Numbered from the stretch's first letter, positions 1 to 9,331 are shown. The stretch is 32,000 nt of DNA from Collibacillus ludicampi (GCF_023705585.1 NZ_BOQE01000001.1:2418710-2450709), one strand, 5' to 3'. The notes: generated from the letters alone by a model not told the origin. A program made the numbers and translations.

Positions 1-1
1 A

Positions 2-319
2 CGGAAAGTCCTTCAACCTGGTGATAAATTGCCTTCAGTCCGGGAGCTATCGGCGATGATCACGATCAACCCGAATACGATCGCGAAAGCCTATCAGCAA
101 TTGGAGAGGGAGGGGGTTCTTGAAGTGCTGCGGGGAAGAGGGACATTCATCGCCGAAAGGATTGTTCACGTAAACAGGGAAGAAAGGCTACGCCAGATAC
201 GGGAGACGATGGAGAAACTGCTCATCGAAGCGCATTATCTTCAATTGACGACGGATGATCTGATGGAACTCTTCAAAGAGGTCATTCGCCAATGGAAACA
301 GGGGAAGGAGGAACGTTAA
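2..319 (+). CDS. GntR-family regulator, YtrA-like (5' end outside window)
   Basis: Open frame from the window edge: ..LQPGDKLPSVRELSAMITINPNTIAKAYQQLEREGVLEVLRGRGTFIAE (GntR wHTH); overlaps/abuts ABC transporter genes as in ytr operons. Confidence 0.85.
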   Translation, partial: RKVLQPGDKLPSVRELSAMITINPNTIAKAYQQLEREGVLEVLRGRGTFIAERIVHVNREERLRQIRETMEKLLIEAHYLQLTTDDLMELFKEVIRQWKQGKEER

Positions 320-1237
320 ATGTCCACATATGCGATCGAGACGGAACAACTGTGCAAGCGATTGGATGGAAAATGGTTGGTCGATCATCTGGATCTGCGT
401 GTGCCGGAGGGGAGTATCTTCGGTCTGATAGGTCCTAACGGTGCGGGTAAAACAACAACCATCCGCATGTTGATGGGGATTCTGAAACCTACGTCCGGCA
501 AGGCATGGGTCTTGAGTCAGGATATCAGCGAACCTTCGGGAACATACCGGACGAGAGTTGGGTACGTATCCGACTTTTCAAATTTCTATCCCCATTTTCG
601 CGCAGGTTAATTATTAGAATTTTGCAAACGGGTTTATCGTTATTGGGATCAAAAACGATGCCGGGCGCTGATCGATGCGTTTGAACTTCCTGTTGAAAAG
701 AGAATCCGTACGTATTCCAAAGGAATGAAAACACAGTTAGCTCTGATTATCGCTTTATCGATCAGACCTCAACTCCTCATCATGGATGAACCGACGAGTG
801 GGCTGGATCCGGTCGTGAAACAACAATTTTTGCAACTGATCATGCAAGAGGTGGCGGATGGGAATACGACCGTTTTTTATTCGACACACCATCTGCAGGA
901 TTTGGAACGAATCGCAGATTACGCGGCAGCTATCTATAAAGGAAAAGTATTATTTTCAAGGTCGTTGGAGGAGATGAAACAAACGACCCGGAGGATACAA
1001 GTCGTTTTTCCTAACGGTTTGCCTGCGGAGATCCGATCTCTTCCTCAAATCCTGCACATTGAAGAACAAGGGAAAATCTATTCCCTGATCGTGAGTGATC
1101 ACTTCCATGAAACGATGGAACGGATTCGTTCGTTTGATCCTCTTTTCGTTGAAGCGTTGGATCTCAATTTTGAAGAACTTTTTGTCTATACGATGAAGAA
1201 GGAGGGATATGTTCGTGAGCGTATCGTTCTTGAATAA
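320..1237 (+). pseudogene. ABC transporter ATP-binding protein, interrupted by in-frame TAA at 608-610
   Basis: ORFs 320..610 and 725..1237 are in the same frame. Walker A ([10 protein letters not shown]) is in the first; signature-like YSKGMKTQLAL and Walker B (LLIMDEPTSGLDP) are in the second. Translation between them continues as LLEFCKRVYRYWDQKRCRALIDAFELPVEKRIRTYSKG with only the one stop. Confidence 0.8.
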
Positions 1238-2249
1238 GGCGCTTCTTTGGAAAGAATGGCGACAGAACCGTGGATATTTTTGGATGTTGTTTCTCGTGAT
1301 GGCTTGGGTACCCATAGGTGTGACATTATTTTCAATTGCGATGCAACCTTTTACAGATCTGGCGTGGGGAGGAGATCCGCATAAAGCGTGGTCACGCATC
1401 ATCTCCTCGCTGGTTCAAGGTCATGCCTCACCGTTTTGGGCTTTTTGGAGCAGTTTCTTTCTTGGAGCCACCTTGCTTGGCCAGGAACGAACGGGAAACA
1501 CGATCGAATTCCTCGTGACGGCTCCTGTCAGCAGAAGGGCGATCGTCTCGGCCAAATTTTTCATGGGAACGGGAATGATCCTTCTGATCATGCTGCTCAT
1601 CGGCCTGTTTATGATCATTATGCCGCTCTTTCTACCTGCGCACTATACGTTTCATGATGTTATTGCCTGGTGGTTACCGACAACATGCGTTCAGCTTGCG
1701 ATCTTCGGGGTCTGTTTTGCAGTATCTACCCTGTCGGGGAAAGCCATAAGTAATTATTTATTATCAATGATCGTCTTATGTCTTCCCCTATGGATTGGGA
1801 GTGGAGTCGCATCGATCCTGCGTAGCATTTATCTGAATAGCTATAAGTATGCTTCCATTGTAAGTATATTCGAGCATTGGGGCACCATGATGTTTCTTCC
1901 CTCCTACTTGTTTATACCAGGAGCTACAGAGAAAACAGGATTCCTGCATGTGCTTGCATTTCTTTTGGTCACAGTCGTATCCTATATCCTCTCTTGCTGG
2001 CTGTTTGAACGAAACCCACTTGAGAAAAATGGTCAAACACTCATATTCGGAAATTTCCTTCGAGTTGCACAAATCGGTTCAGCAATCTTCATCGCATTCT
2101 TTTTGGGAGAAAAACAGACTCTGATCCTGCAGGGCGGCTGGGATATCTTCTTTCTTTTCGCTTTGATCGGATTCTTCGCGACGTACTTCATCTGGAAGGT
2201 GATTTTCCTCTTGATGAGAAGATGGGGATATGATGAGATATCCATATGA
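1209..2249 (+). CDS. ABC-2 type transporter permease (start may be GTG 1215)
   Basis: Multi-TM protein MFVSVSFLNKALLWKEWRQNRGYFWMLFLVMAW...; overlaps the end of the ATPase gene; AAGGAGGG upstream. Confidence 0.8.
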   Translation: MFVSVSFLNKALLWKEWRQNRGYFWMLFLVMAWVPIGVTLFSIAMQPFTDLAWGGDPHKAWSRIISSLVQGHASPFWAFWSSFFLGATLLGQERTGNTIEFLVTAPVSRRAIVSAKFFMGTGMILLIMLLIGLFMIIMPLFLPAHYTFHDVIAWWLPTTCVQLAIFGVCFAVSTLSGKAISNYLLSMIVLCLPLWIGSGVASILRSIYLNSYKYASIVSIFEHWGTMMFLPSYLFIPGATEKTGFLHVLAFLLVTVVSYILSCWLFERNPLEKNGQTLIFGNFLRVAQIGSAIFIAFFLGEKQTLILQGGWDIFFLFALIGFFATYFIWKVIFLLMRRWGYDEISI

Positions 2250-2271
2250 AATGAAATCAGCGAGATATGAT

Positions 2272-2319
2272 AGAGGCTGTTCCCAAAAATCACAATTGAT
2301 TTTATTTGGAACAGCCTCT
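2272..2319. terminator. Long hairpin downstream of ABC operon
   Basis: AGAGGCTGTTCC (2272-2283) / GGAACAGCCTCT (2308-2319), perfect 12 bp, with an inner AAAATCA/TGATTTT pairing. Confidence 0.6.
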
Positions 2320-2519
2320 TCTGTTATTGATTTTTTGTGAGTGATGAAGCTCTTTTGTTTTAAATATATTTTCGGGCTGCCGGAAGAACCTAAATACCCG
2401 ATCACGAAAATCATACAACGAAAAATATTTTATTTTAAAAATAATATTAATTATTTAATATAGAATGAAGGTTTCCATAATATATGATATTATATATGAA
2501 GAGGGGAGGAGTGAAAAGA

Positions 2520-3308
2520 ATGAGGAAAGTGAAGATCAAATTTCGTGGAATGTTGCAAGTGATCGAAGCTGGTGTGAACACGGCAAACCATATCGTTGAG
2601 TTGCAAGGGAAACGTTATGACGCTGACAAGCTCCCTTTGGATGCCCCCGTGTCGGGAACAATTTATGGTGTCCTCCTGAATTACAAGGGGGCACTCGCCA
2701 CACTTGGGAATGCTGTCAATGAACCCCCTTATAAGGTAGCACCCAAGGCACCTGTCTTATATATCAAACCAGCAAATACGGTCATAGGTTACGGTATGCC
2801 TATCCCGTTACCTGATCATGTTCCGGCACTAGAGATCGGTGCAACCCTGGGCGTTGTGATCGGCCGAAAGGCTACTCGTGTGAGTGAGGAACAGGCGTTA
2901 ACTTATGTAGACGGTTACACCGTGGTCAATGATGTCAGTATTCCGCATACGAGTTTGTACCGACCGGCTGTAAGCCAAAAATCTCGTGATGGCTTTTGTC
3001 CGGTAGGACCCTGGGTGATTGAACGCGATGCCGTCGTAAATCCAGATGCATTAAGGGTGCGCGTGTACATCAACGGTGAGTTGCGGCAGGAAAATACCAC
3101 CGCTAACCTGATCCGTCCAATCCCGCGATTGATTGCTGAAATTACGGATTTTATGACGCTGAACATTGGAGACACGCTTTTGGTGGGGGTTCCTGAAGAT
3201 GCACCGCTTGCGAAGGCGGGTGATCATGTGCGCATCGAAATCGACAACATTGGTATTTTGGAAAATACGGTTGTGCATGAACGCGAACTCTACAAGGAGG
3301 CTAAATGA
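2520..3308 (+). CDS. hpaG1: FAH-family 2-hydroxyhepta-2,4-diene-1,7-dioate isomerase / OPET decarboxylase-like subunit (HpaG half 1)
   Basis: FAH fold motifs (YDADKLPLDAPVSGTIYGVLLNY..., YTVVNDVSIPHTSLYRPAVSQKSRDGFCPVGPW). RBS gaggggagga is placed for ATG 2520 rather than ORF start 2484. Confidence 0.82.
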   Translation: MRKVKIKFRGMLQVIEAGVNTANHIVELQGKRYDADKLPLDAPVSGTIYGVLLNYKGALATLGNAVNEPPYKVAPKAPVLYIKPANTVIGYGMPIPLPDHVPALEIGATLGVVIGRKATRVSEEQALTYVDGYTVVNDVSIPHTSLYRPAVSQKSRDGFCPVGPWVIERDAVVNPDALRVRVYINGELRQENTTANLIRPIPRLIAEITDFMTLNIGDTLLVGVPEDAPLAKAGDHVRIEIDNIGILENTVVHERELYKEAK

Positions 3309-4072
3309 TGAAACGAGCGCGAATTGCCTATCTGGGCGCGATCCATGAGGCTGTTGAAATGGACGGTCGCCTCAAACTGGATGATGGTCGTATTGTGGAG
3401 GAACATCAAGTGGTTTGGTTGCCACCCGTGCAACCTCGTACGGTGTTCGCCCTCGGTCTGAACTATGCGGATCACGCAAAGGAACTGTCGTTTAAAGCTC
3501 CAACTGAACCGCTTGTTTTTCTGAAAGGGCCTAATACGTTCGTCGGTCATCGGGCCCATACCCGTCGTCCGTCGGATGCGACTTACATGCACTATGAGTG
3601 TGAACTGGCTGTCGTAATGGGTCGTACGGCCCGTCATGTCAAACGCGAAGACGCTTATGATTATGTATTGGGTTATACTGTGGCAAATGATTACACCATT
3701 CGCGATTATTTAGAAAATTACTATCGGCCCAACCTGAGAGTCAAAAACCGTGACACATGTACGCCGATCGGACCATGGCTGGTAGATGCCAAAGATATTG
3801 CCGATCCGATGAATTTGACCTTGCGTACTTATGTGAACGGAAAGTTGACACAAGAAGGTAACACACGGGACATGATTTTCAGCATTCCCGTTCTGATCGA
3901 GTATTTGAGCAGTTTCATGACGCTTAATGCCGGAGATATCATTTTGACCGGAACTCCCGAAGGATTGATCGATACAAAAGTCGGTGACGAAGTTGTTACG
4001 GAAATCGAAAGCATAGGGAGATTGGTCAACACGATCGTTGGGGATGAATCTTTTAATGAAACTAACATGTAA
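3305..4072 (+). CDS. hpaG2: FAH-family decarboxylase/isomerase (HpaG half 2)
   Basis: GLNYADHAKELSFKAPTEPLVFLKGPNTFVGH...DYTIRDYLENYYRPNLRVKNRDTCTPIGPW...TGTPEG; ATGA overlap with the previous gene. Confidence 0.85.
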   Translation: MMKRARIAYLGAIHEAVEMDGRLKLDDGRIVEEHQVVWLPPVQPRTVFALGLNYADHAKELSFKAPTEPLVFLKGPNTFVGHRAHTRRPSDATYMHYECELAVVMGRTARHVKREDAYDYVLGYTVANDYTIRDYLENYYRPNLRVKNRDTCTPIGPWLVDAKDIADPMNLTLRTYVNGKLTQEGNTRDMIFSIPVLIEYLSSFMTLNAGDIILTGTPEGLIDTKVGDEVVTEIESIGRLVNTIVGDESFNETNM

Positions 4073-4084
4073 AGGAGTAAAGTC

Positions 4085-4471
4085 ATGCCACATTTTATCG
4101 TCGAATATACCAATAATATCAAGGCCGAAGCGGATATACCCGGTCTTCTCAAAAAGATCAATGATGTTTTCATCTCATATGACCATATTTTCCCAATAGG
4201 TGGAATTCGCTCGAGAGCCATCGAACTCAAAGATTATTGTGTGGCCGATGGAGCAGAGGACGATGCGTTTGTCCATGCTACTTTAAAGATTGGCGCAGGT
4301 CGATCCGCAGAAGATAAGAAGGCAGTCTGTGATGATCTCTTCGAAGTTATGAAGGAACATTTTGCAGACTTATTCTCTAAACGTTACTTGGCATTGTCAA
4401 TGGAGTTGATCGAATTTAGTGAGTTCGGTACTTATAAACACAACAATATCCATGCTCGTTTCAAAAAATAG
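4085..4471 (+). CDS. hpaF: 5-carboxymethyl-2-hydroxymuconate delta-isomerase
   Basis: MPHFIVEYTNNIKAEADIPGLLKKIND..., N-terminal Pro of the tautomerase superfamily; RBS AAAGGAG; cluster context. Confidence 0.87.
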   Translation: MPHFIVEYTNNIKAEADIPGLLKKINDVFISYDHIFPIGGIRSRAIELKDYCVADGAEDDAFVHATLKIGAGRSAEDKKAVCDDLFEVMKEHFADLFSKRYLALSMELIEFSEFGTYKHNNIHARFKK

Positions 4472-4732
4472 GTTCCGTCATTACGCTGCTGTTCAATTTT
4501 CAAGCAAACTTAGATGAACTGAAATGATGGATACCACAATCGCGCCGTACCGGGACTCTCGGTACTATCGATCCTACACGAATAATCAAAGATGTTTGCC
4601 ATACTCATAAGTTAATTTGCAATGAAGTCTGGTGTTGTGCGATTGTGGTTCAATACTTTTTAAGATTTTATTATCCATCAATATACCTTATTTTCGGAAA
4701 TGATAATTAATACAATAATTTCGAATAGTCTA

Positions 4733-4762
4733 TTGACAATCATATATGATTTTATATATTAT
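4733..4762 (+). promoter_or_regulatory. Candidate promoter with embedded palindromic operator
   Basis: TTGACA (4733-4738), perfect palindrome ATCATATATGAT (4739-4750), -10 TATTAT (4757-4762, 18-nt spacer) or TATATT (4755-4760, 16-nt spacer). Confidence 0.5.
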
Positions 4763-4968
4763 ATTCACAGGGTTATTAAATAAGGCTAAAATCGAGAAGG
4801 AGGCTAAGAGCTTGGACGATTGAACTTATAGAAACTTTATGGGTAGATTGCTATTGATGTAACCGTTATCACGAGAGTGGTAGACGAAGAAGTACTGGTA
4901 TGACAGCGAATGCATGTATGTATCGCTGAATCCTAAAAGAATTTTGATATCAATTGTTCGTTAAATCT

Positions 4969-4998
4969 TTGTACAATTTACAATAGACGTGATAGTAT
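4969..4998 (+). promoter_or_regulatory. Candidate promoter upstream of hpaE
   Basis: TTGTAC (4969-4974), 18-nt spacer, TAGTAT (4993-4998), followed at 5022 by the motif shared with the gntR upstream region. Confidence 0.35.
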
Positions 4999-5104
4999 CA
5001 TTTGGAGAAAAAACGATGTATTGAATCATATATTATTTCATATACTTTTTCGGCATTAAGAAAACGTTTCAAAAACATCAAGCAATGAGTAGGTGTTAAT
5101 TTAG

Positions 5105-6595
5105 ATGAGCAAGGTTAGAGTTGATCGAGTTCTTCACTACATTAACGGACAATTTGTTGAAGGAGTTTCGGGCAAACGTTTTGAGAATATGAATCCGTTT
5201 AACAACCAGGTGTTAAATGAAGTGGCAGAGGGTTTCAAGGAAGATATAGATTTAGCGGTACAAGCGGCACGAAAGGCTTTCGACCAAGGGCCATGGGGGA
5301 AGATGAGCGTCACCGATCGGTTAAAATATATTCTCAAGATTGCAGATTTGATCGAGACCTACAGTGAAGAATTATCGTATCTCGAATCGCTGGATACGGG
5401 TTTACCAATTAGCCAAACCAAGAAAATGGCGGCTCGTGCGGCGGAAAACTTCCGGTTTTATGCGGAAATGGTGAAGAGCCGGATGGTGGGAGAGGCTTAT
5501 CAAGTGGACGGAGATTTCATCAATTATACGATTCATAAACCCATTGGAGTTGCAGGTTTGATTACTCCCTGGAATGCTCCCTTTATGTTAGAAACTTGGA
5601 AAGTGGCTCCTGCATTGGCTACAGGTAATACCGTTGTTTTAAAACCAGCTGAATGGTCACCGCTTACGGCGAATAAACTCGCTGAAATCATTCATGAAGC
5701 CGGACTGCCGGAAGGCGTCTTTAACGTTGTACATGGTTTTGGGGAAACGGCTGGAGCATCTCTAGTCGCACATCCTAACGTTCGCTTAATCTCTTTTACT
5801 GGAGAAACGACAACTGGATCGGAAATTATTAAAAATAGTGCGGATACTTTGAAGAAAATTTCTATGGAGCTTGGTGGAAAATCACCGGCGATCGTCTTTG
5901 CCGATGCCGATTTAGAAAGTGCATTGGACGCAGTGGTATGGGGGATTTTCTCCTTCAATGGTGAACGTTGTACCGCAAATTCGCGTCTCTTCTTGCAAAA
6001 GCCCATTTATGATACGTTTGTTGAAGCATTAAAAGAACGTGTCTCCAATATCGTTGTCGGTGACCCTATGGATGAGTCTACAGAAGTGGGACCTTTAATT
6101 CATAAAAAACACTGGCAAAATGTGATGAACTATATTGACATTGCCCGTGCGGAATGTGCAGAAGTGTTCAGCGGATCGATTCCAGATGCATATCGAGCGG
6201 GTAATTATGTAGCGCCAACGCTTCTTTTAAATTGTCATAATCAAATGCGTGTAGCGCAAGAAGAGATCTTTGGACCGGTCATGGCTGTAATTCCTTTCGA
6301 TACGGAAGAAGAAGTATTGCAGATGGCTAATGATGTAAGATATGGTCTGGCCGCTTACGTTTGGACAAGTGATATTAAACGTGGACATCGCTTGGCACAA
6401 GCGATAGAAAGTGGAATGGTATGGATCAATTCACAAAATACAAGGGATTTGCGGATTCCTTTTGGAGGAACCAAACATAGTGGAATCGGGCGTGAAGGTG
6501 GACACTACAGCTTTGAATTCTATACAGAAACCCAAGTGATTCATGTCGCTATTGAGAACCACCATATCCCTAAATTCGGAAAAACAAAAAAGTAA
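5105..6595 (+). CDS. hpaE: 5-carboxymethyl-2-hydroxymuconate semialdehyde dehydrogenase
   Basis: Aldehyde dehydrogenase: GVAGLITPWNAPFMLETWKVAPALATGNTVVLKPAEWSP, MELGGKSPAIVFADADL, NGERCTANSR; cluster context. Confidence 0.9.
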   Translation: MSKVRVDRVLHYINGQFVEGVSGKRFENMNPFNNQVLNEVAEGFKEDIDLAVQAARKAFDQGPWGKMSVTDRLKYILKIADLIETYSEELSYLESLDTGLPISQTKKMAARAAENFRFYAEMVKSRMVGEAYQVDGDFINYTIHKPIGVAGLITPWNAPFMLETWKVAPALATGNTVVLKPAEWSPLTANKLAEIIHEAGLPEGVFNVVHGFGETAGASLVAHPNVRLISFTGETTTGSEIIKNSADTLKKISMELGGKSPAIVFADADLESALDAVVWGIFSFNGERCTANSRLFLQKPIYDTFVEALKERVSNIVVGDPMDESTEVGPLIHKKHWQNVMNYIDIARAECAEVFSGSIPDAYRAGNYVAPTLLLNCHNQMRVAQEEIFGPVMAVIPFDTEEEVLQMANDVRYGLAAYVWTSDIKRGHRLAQAIESGMVWINSQNTRDLRIPFGGTKHSGIGREGGHYSFEFYTETQVIHVAIENHHIPKFGKTKK

Positions 6596-6636
6596 GAAAT
6601 ATTAATAACAAATAGTAAAAATCAGGGGTGATCAAA

Positions 6637-8109
6637 ATGCCGGCTAAGACAGGACAACAATATATTGAACGAGTGGACAAAGCGCGATCCAATGTGTGGA
6701 TTGATGGAAAGAGGGTAGAGGGGAAGATTTCTGAACACCCTGCATTCAAAGGGGTCATGAAAAGCCAGGCTGCTCTCTACGACATGCAGCATGATAAAGA
6801 TAAACAGGATTTTATGACTTATAAATCACCGACAACAGGTGAACGAGTAGGAACATCTTTCCTACAACCCCGGACCAAAGAGGATTTGGAAAAACGCCGC
6901 AAGATGATTCAAGAATGGGCCCGTTTCAACGGAGGGATGATGGGGCGTTCTCCAGACTATATCAATGCCGGATTGATGGCTTATGGAGCGGCAGCGGAAA
7001 TGTTCGGAAAACAGGATCCCATGTTTGCCGAAAACATGCGGAATTATTATGAATACGCCCGTGAAAACGATTTATCGTTAACGCATACGCTAATCCAGCC
7101 TCAAGTCAATCGGGCAGTCAATTCGGCACAGCTTCCGGATCCGTATATCGCGGCGCGTATCGTTAAGAAAAATTCGGAAGGGGTTGTTATTCGGGGAGCA
7201 CGCTTGCTGGCGACACAAGGGGGAATCACCGATGAAATCATGGTGTTTCCTTCAACGGTTTTGAAGCAGTCAGATGATGAAAAACCATACGCATTTGCCT
7301 TCTGCATTCCGAATAATACACCCGGATTGAAATTTATTTGTAGAGAATCGTTTGATTACGGGAAATCCGCTTTCGATCATCCGTTGGGTTCCCGTTTTGA
7401 AGAAATGGATACGATTGTAGTCTTTGATGATGTAACTGTTCCGTGGGATCGCGTTTTTGCCCTTGGGGATGTTGAAATTTGCAATCGGGCCTATATCGAA
7501 AGTAACGCTCAAGTTCACATGACTCACCAAGTCGTATCTAAAAATATTGCGAAAACGGAGTTCATCCTTGGCATTCTACAGTTAATGGTAGAAACCATTA
7601 ATATTGGTCAGTTTCAACATGTACAGGAAAAAATGTCTGAGGTCATCATTGTCCTTGAAATCATGAAATCGTTGATGATTGCAGCAGAAACGAATGCCCA
7701 AGTAGATAAGTGGGGAATTATGACACCGGACTTTAAACCTTTAAATGTTGCCCGAAACTATTTCCCCAAAATGTATCCCCGGTTTATGGAGATCATGCAA
7801 TTGCTTGGAGCGAGCGGTTTGATGGCGATTCCAAATGAAGCAGACTTTAACTCTGAACTTCGTGCAGATCTGGATAAGTATTTGCAAGCCGCAAATTCGG
7901 ATGCTTATAACCGGGTTAAACTGTATCGATTAGCATGGGATACATGTATGAGTGCTTTTGGGTCGCGCCAAACGCTGTATGAGCGCTTTTTCTTCGGAGA
8001 TCCCGTCCGTATGGCTAGCGCTTTATACAACTGGTATGGTAAACAAGAATACGTGGATCGTGTCAAGGAATTTTTACAGCGTTCTGAAGAACTCGTGTTG
8101 AAGGGATAA
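6637..8109 (+). CDS. hpaB: 4-hydroxyphenylacetate 3-monooxygenase, oxygenase component
   Basis: HpaB-like: KSRAWIDGKRVEG-like N-terminus (SNVWIDGKRVEGKISEHPAFKGV), ADYDMQHDKDKQDFMTY-like region, HMTHQVVSKNIAKTEFILGI, GASGLMAIPNEADF. ORF can start at GTG 6628; AGGGGTG suits ATG 6637. Confidence 0.88.
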   Translation: MPAKTGQQYIERVDKARSNVWIDGKRVEGKISEHPAFKGVMKSQAALYDMQHDKDKQDFMTYKSPTTGERVGTSFLQPRTKEDLEKRRKMIQEWARFNGGMMGRSPDYINAGLMAYGAAAEMFGKQDPMFAENMRNYYEYARENDLSLTHTLIQPQVNRAVNSAQLPDPYIAARIVKKNSEGVVIRGARLLATQGGITDEIMVFPSTVLKQSDDEKPYAFAFCIPNNTPGLKFICRESFDYGKSAFDHPLGSRFEEMDTIVVFDDVTVPWDRVFALGDVEICNRAYIESNAQVHMTHQVVSKNIAKTEFILGILQLMVETINIGQFQHVQEKMSEVIIVLEIMKSLMIAAETNAQVDKWGIMTPDFKPLNVARNYFPKMYPRFMEIMQLLGASGLMAIPNEADFNSELRADLDKYLQAANSDAYNRVKLYRLAWDTCMSAFGSRQTLYERFFFGDPVRMASALYNWYGKQEYVDRVKEFLQRSEELVLKG

Positions 8110-8261
8110 TTATCTATATATAAAAAATTCATAATAATTAAAATTAATTGGATTTAATACAAATGAGAAATCTATTCCACTTCGTTCAACAAATAAAACG
8201 ATTGAACCCAAAGCTATAGGAAGATGTAAAAAATGAGTAAAAGGAGAGAGGTGTGTTATAA

Positions 8262-9245
8262 ATGAAATTTGACATTATTCGTTTAGCGCATGCCGAATTC
8301 AATGTAACTGATTTAGAACGAGCGAGGGATTTTTATGTCAATGCGCTTGGATTTATTGAAACAGAATCAGATTCTCATCATATTTATTTACGTGCTATCG
8401 AGGATGCCAATCATCACTGTCTTGTCTTGACGAAATCAGATGTACCGAGTGTGAATCATATCTCCTTCCGAGTCGGAACGGAAGAAGAATTAGATCGATT
8501 GACCCATTTTTTTGCTACCCAAAACTTGCCGATTCGTTGGCTTGAAAAAGAAGAAGAAAGGGGACAAGGGAGAGCCATCCGAATCCAGGATCCCGGCGGT
8601 ATTCCTGTCGAGTTCTTCTGTGAGATGGAAAAGGCTGAATGCATGCTTCAGAAATTTAATAAGCACTATGGAGCGAAAATCAAGCGCATTGATCACGCGA
8701 ATTGTAACGTTCGCGACATTGATAGGGTGAATCAGTGGTATACAGAGAATTTGGGATTCAAGTGTTCCGAATACACGGTTACAGGTCCGATCGACAATGA
8801 ACGGTTATGGGCTTCCTGGTTGCATCGTAAACCAAGTGTGCATGATTTAGCTCTGATTCATGAGAAAGGACCGCGCATTCATCACATTGGGTTCTGGATG
8901 GAAGATTCGAAATCGATTCTCGATGCTTGTGATTATTTATCGAGTTGCGGTTATTATTCGAGCATCGAGCGCACTCCGGGGCGTCATGGCACCTCTAATG
9001 CATTCTTTGTTTACCTTCGTGACCCTGATGGCCATAGATTGGAATTATACACCAGTGACTATTTCACAGGTGATCCGGATTGGGATCCGATTAAATGGCA
9101 TCTAAGCGATCCGCAACGTGCGACTTTATGGGGAGCAGAGCCCCCTATAAGCTGGAAAAAGGAAGCGATGCCTGTTCAAAATATCTTAACCGGTGAATTA
9201 ATGGAAATCGGTGAGCCCATGATATACAGCGAAATTAGAAATTAA
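8262..9245 (+). CDS. hpaD: 3,4-dihydroxyphenylacetate 2,3-dioxygenase, VOC/type I extradiol family
   Basis: Two VOC modules: LAHAEFNVTDLERARDFYVNALGF and IDHANCNVRDIDRVNQWYTENLGF; RIHHIGFWM, GRHGTSNAFFVYLRDPDGHRLELYTSDY. Confidence 0.88.
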   Translation: MKFDIIRLAHAEFNVTDLERARDFYVNALGFIETESDSHHIYLRAIEDANHHCLVLTKSDVPSVNHISFRVGTEEELDRLTHFFATQNLPIRWLEKEEERGQGRAIRIQDPGGIPVEFFCEMEKAECMLQKFNKHYGAKIKRIDHANCNVRDIDRVNQWYTENLGFKCSEYTVTGPIDNERLWASWLHRKPSVHDLALIHEKGPRIHHIGFWMEDSKSILDACDYLSSCGYYSSIERTPGRHGTSNAFFVYLRDPDGHRLELYTSDYFTGDPDWDPIKWHLSDPQRATLWGAEPPISWKKEAMPVQNILTGELMEIGEPMIYSEIRN

Positions 9246-9310
9246 ACAGTTTCATTCCTTACCGACAGTCAGTTGGACGATCTCATGTAACCCAAAAACC
9301 AAGATCAGAT

Positions 9311-9331
9311 CCTCCCTTGAAGAAAGGGAGG
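9311..9331. terminator. Hairpin 1 of convergent intergenic region
   Basis: CCTCCCTT (9311-9318) / AAGGGAGG (9324-9331), 5-nt loop. Confidence 0.4.

Noticed and set aside
608-610. Programmed readthrough or recoding of the ABC ATPase TAA
   Set aside because: TAA is not a selenocysteine codon, no stimulatory structure was evident, and the flanking sequence is explained by a single point mutation.
956-1402. 148-aa minus-strand ORF
   Set aside because: Antisense to the ABC ATPase/permease coding sequence; no RBS or family features.
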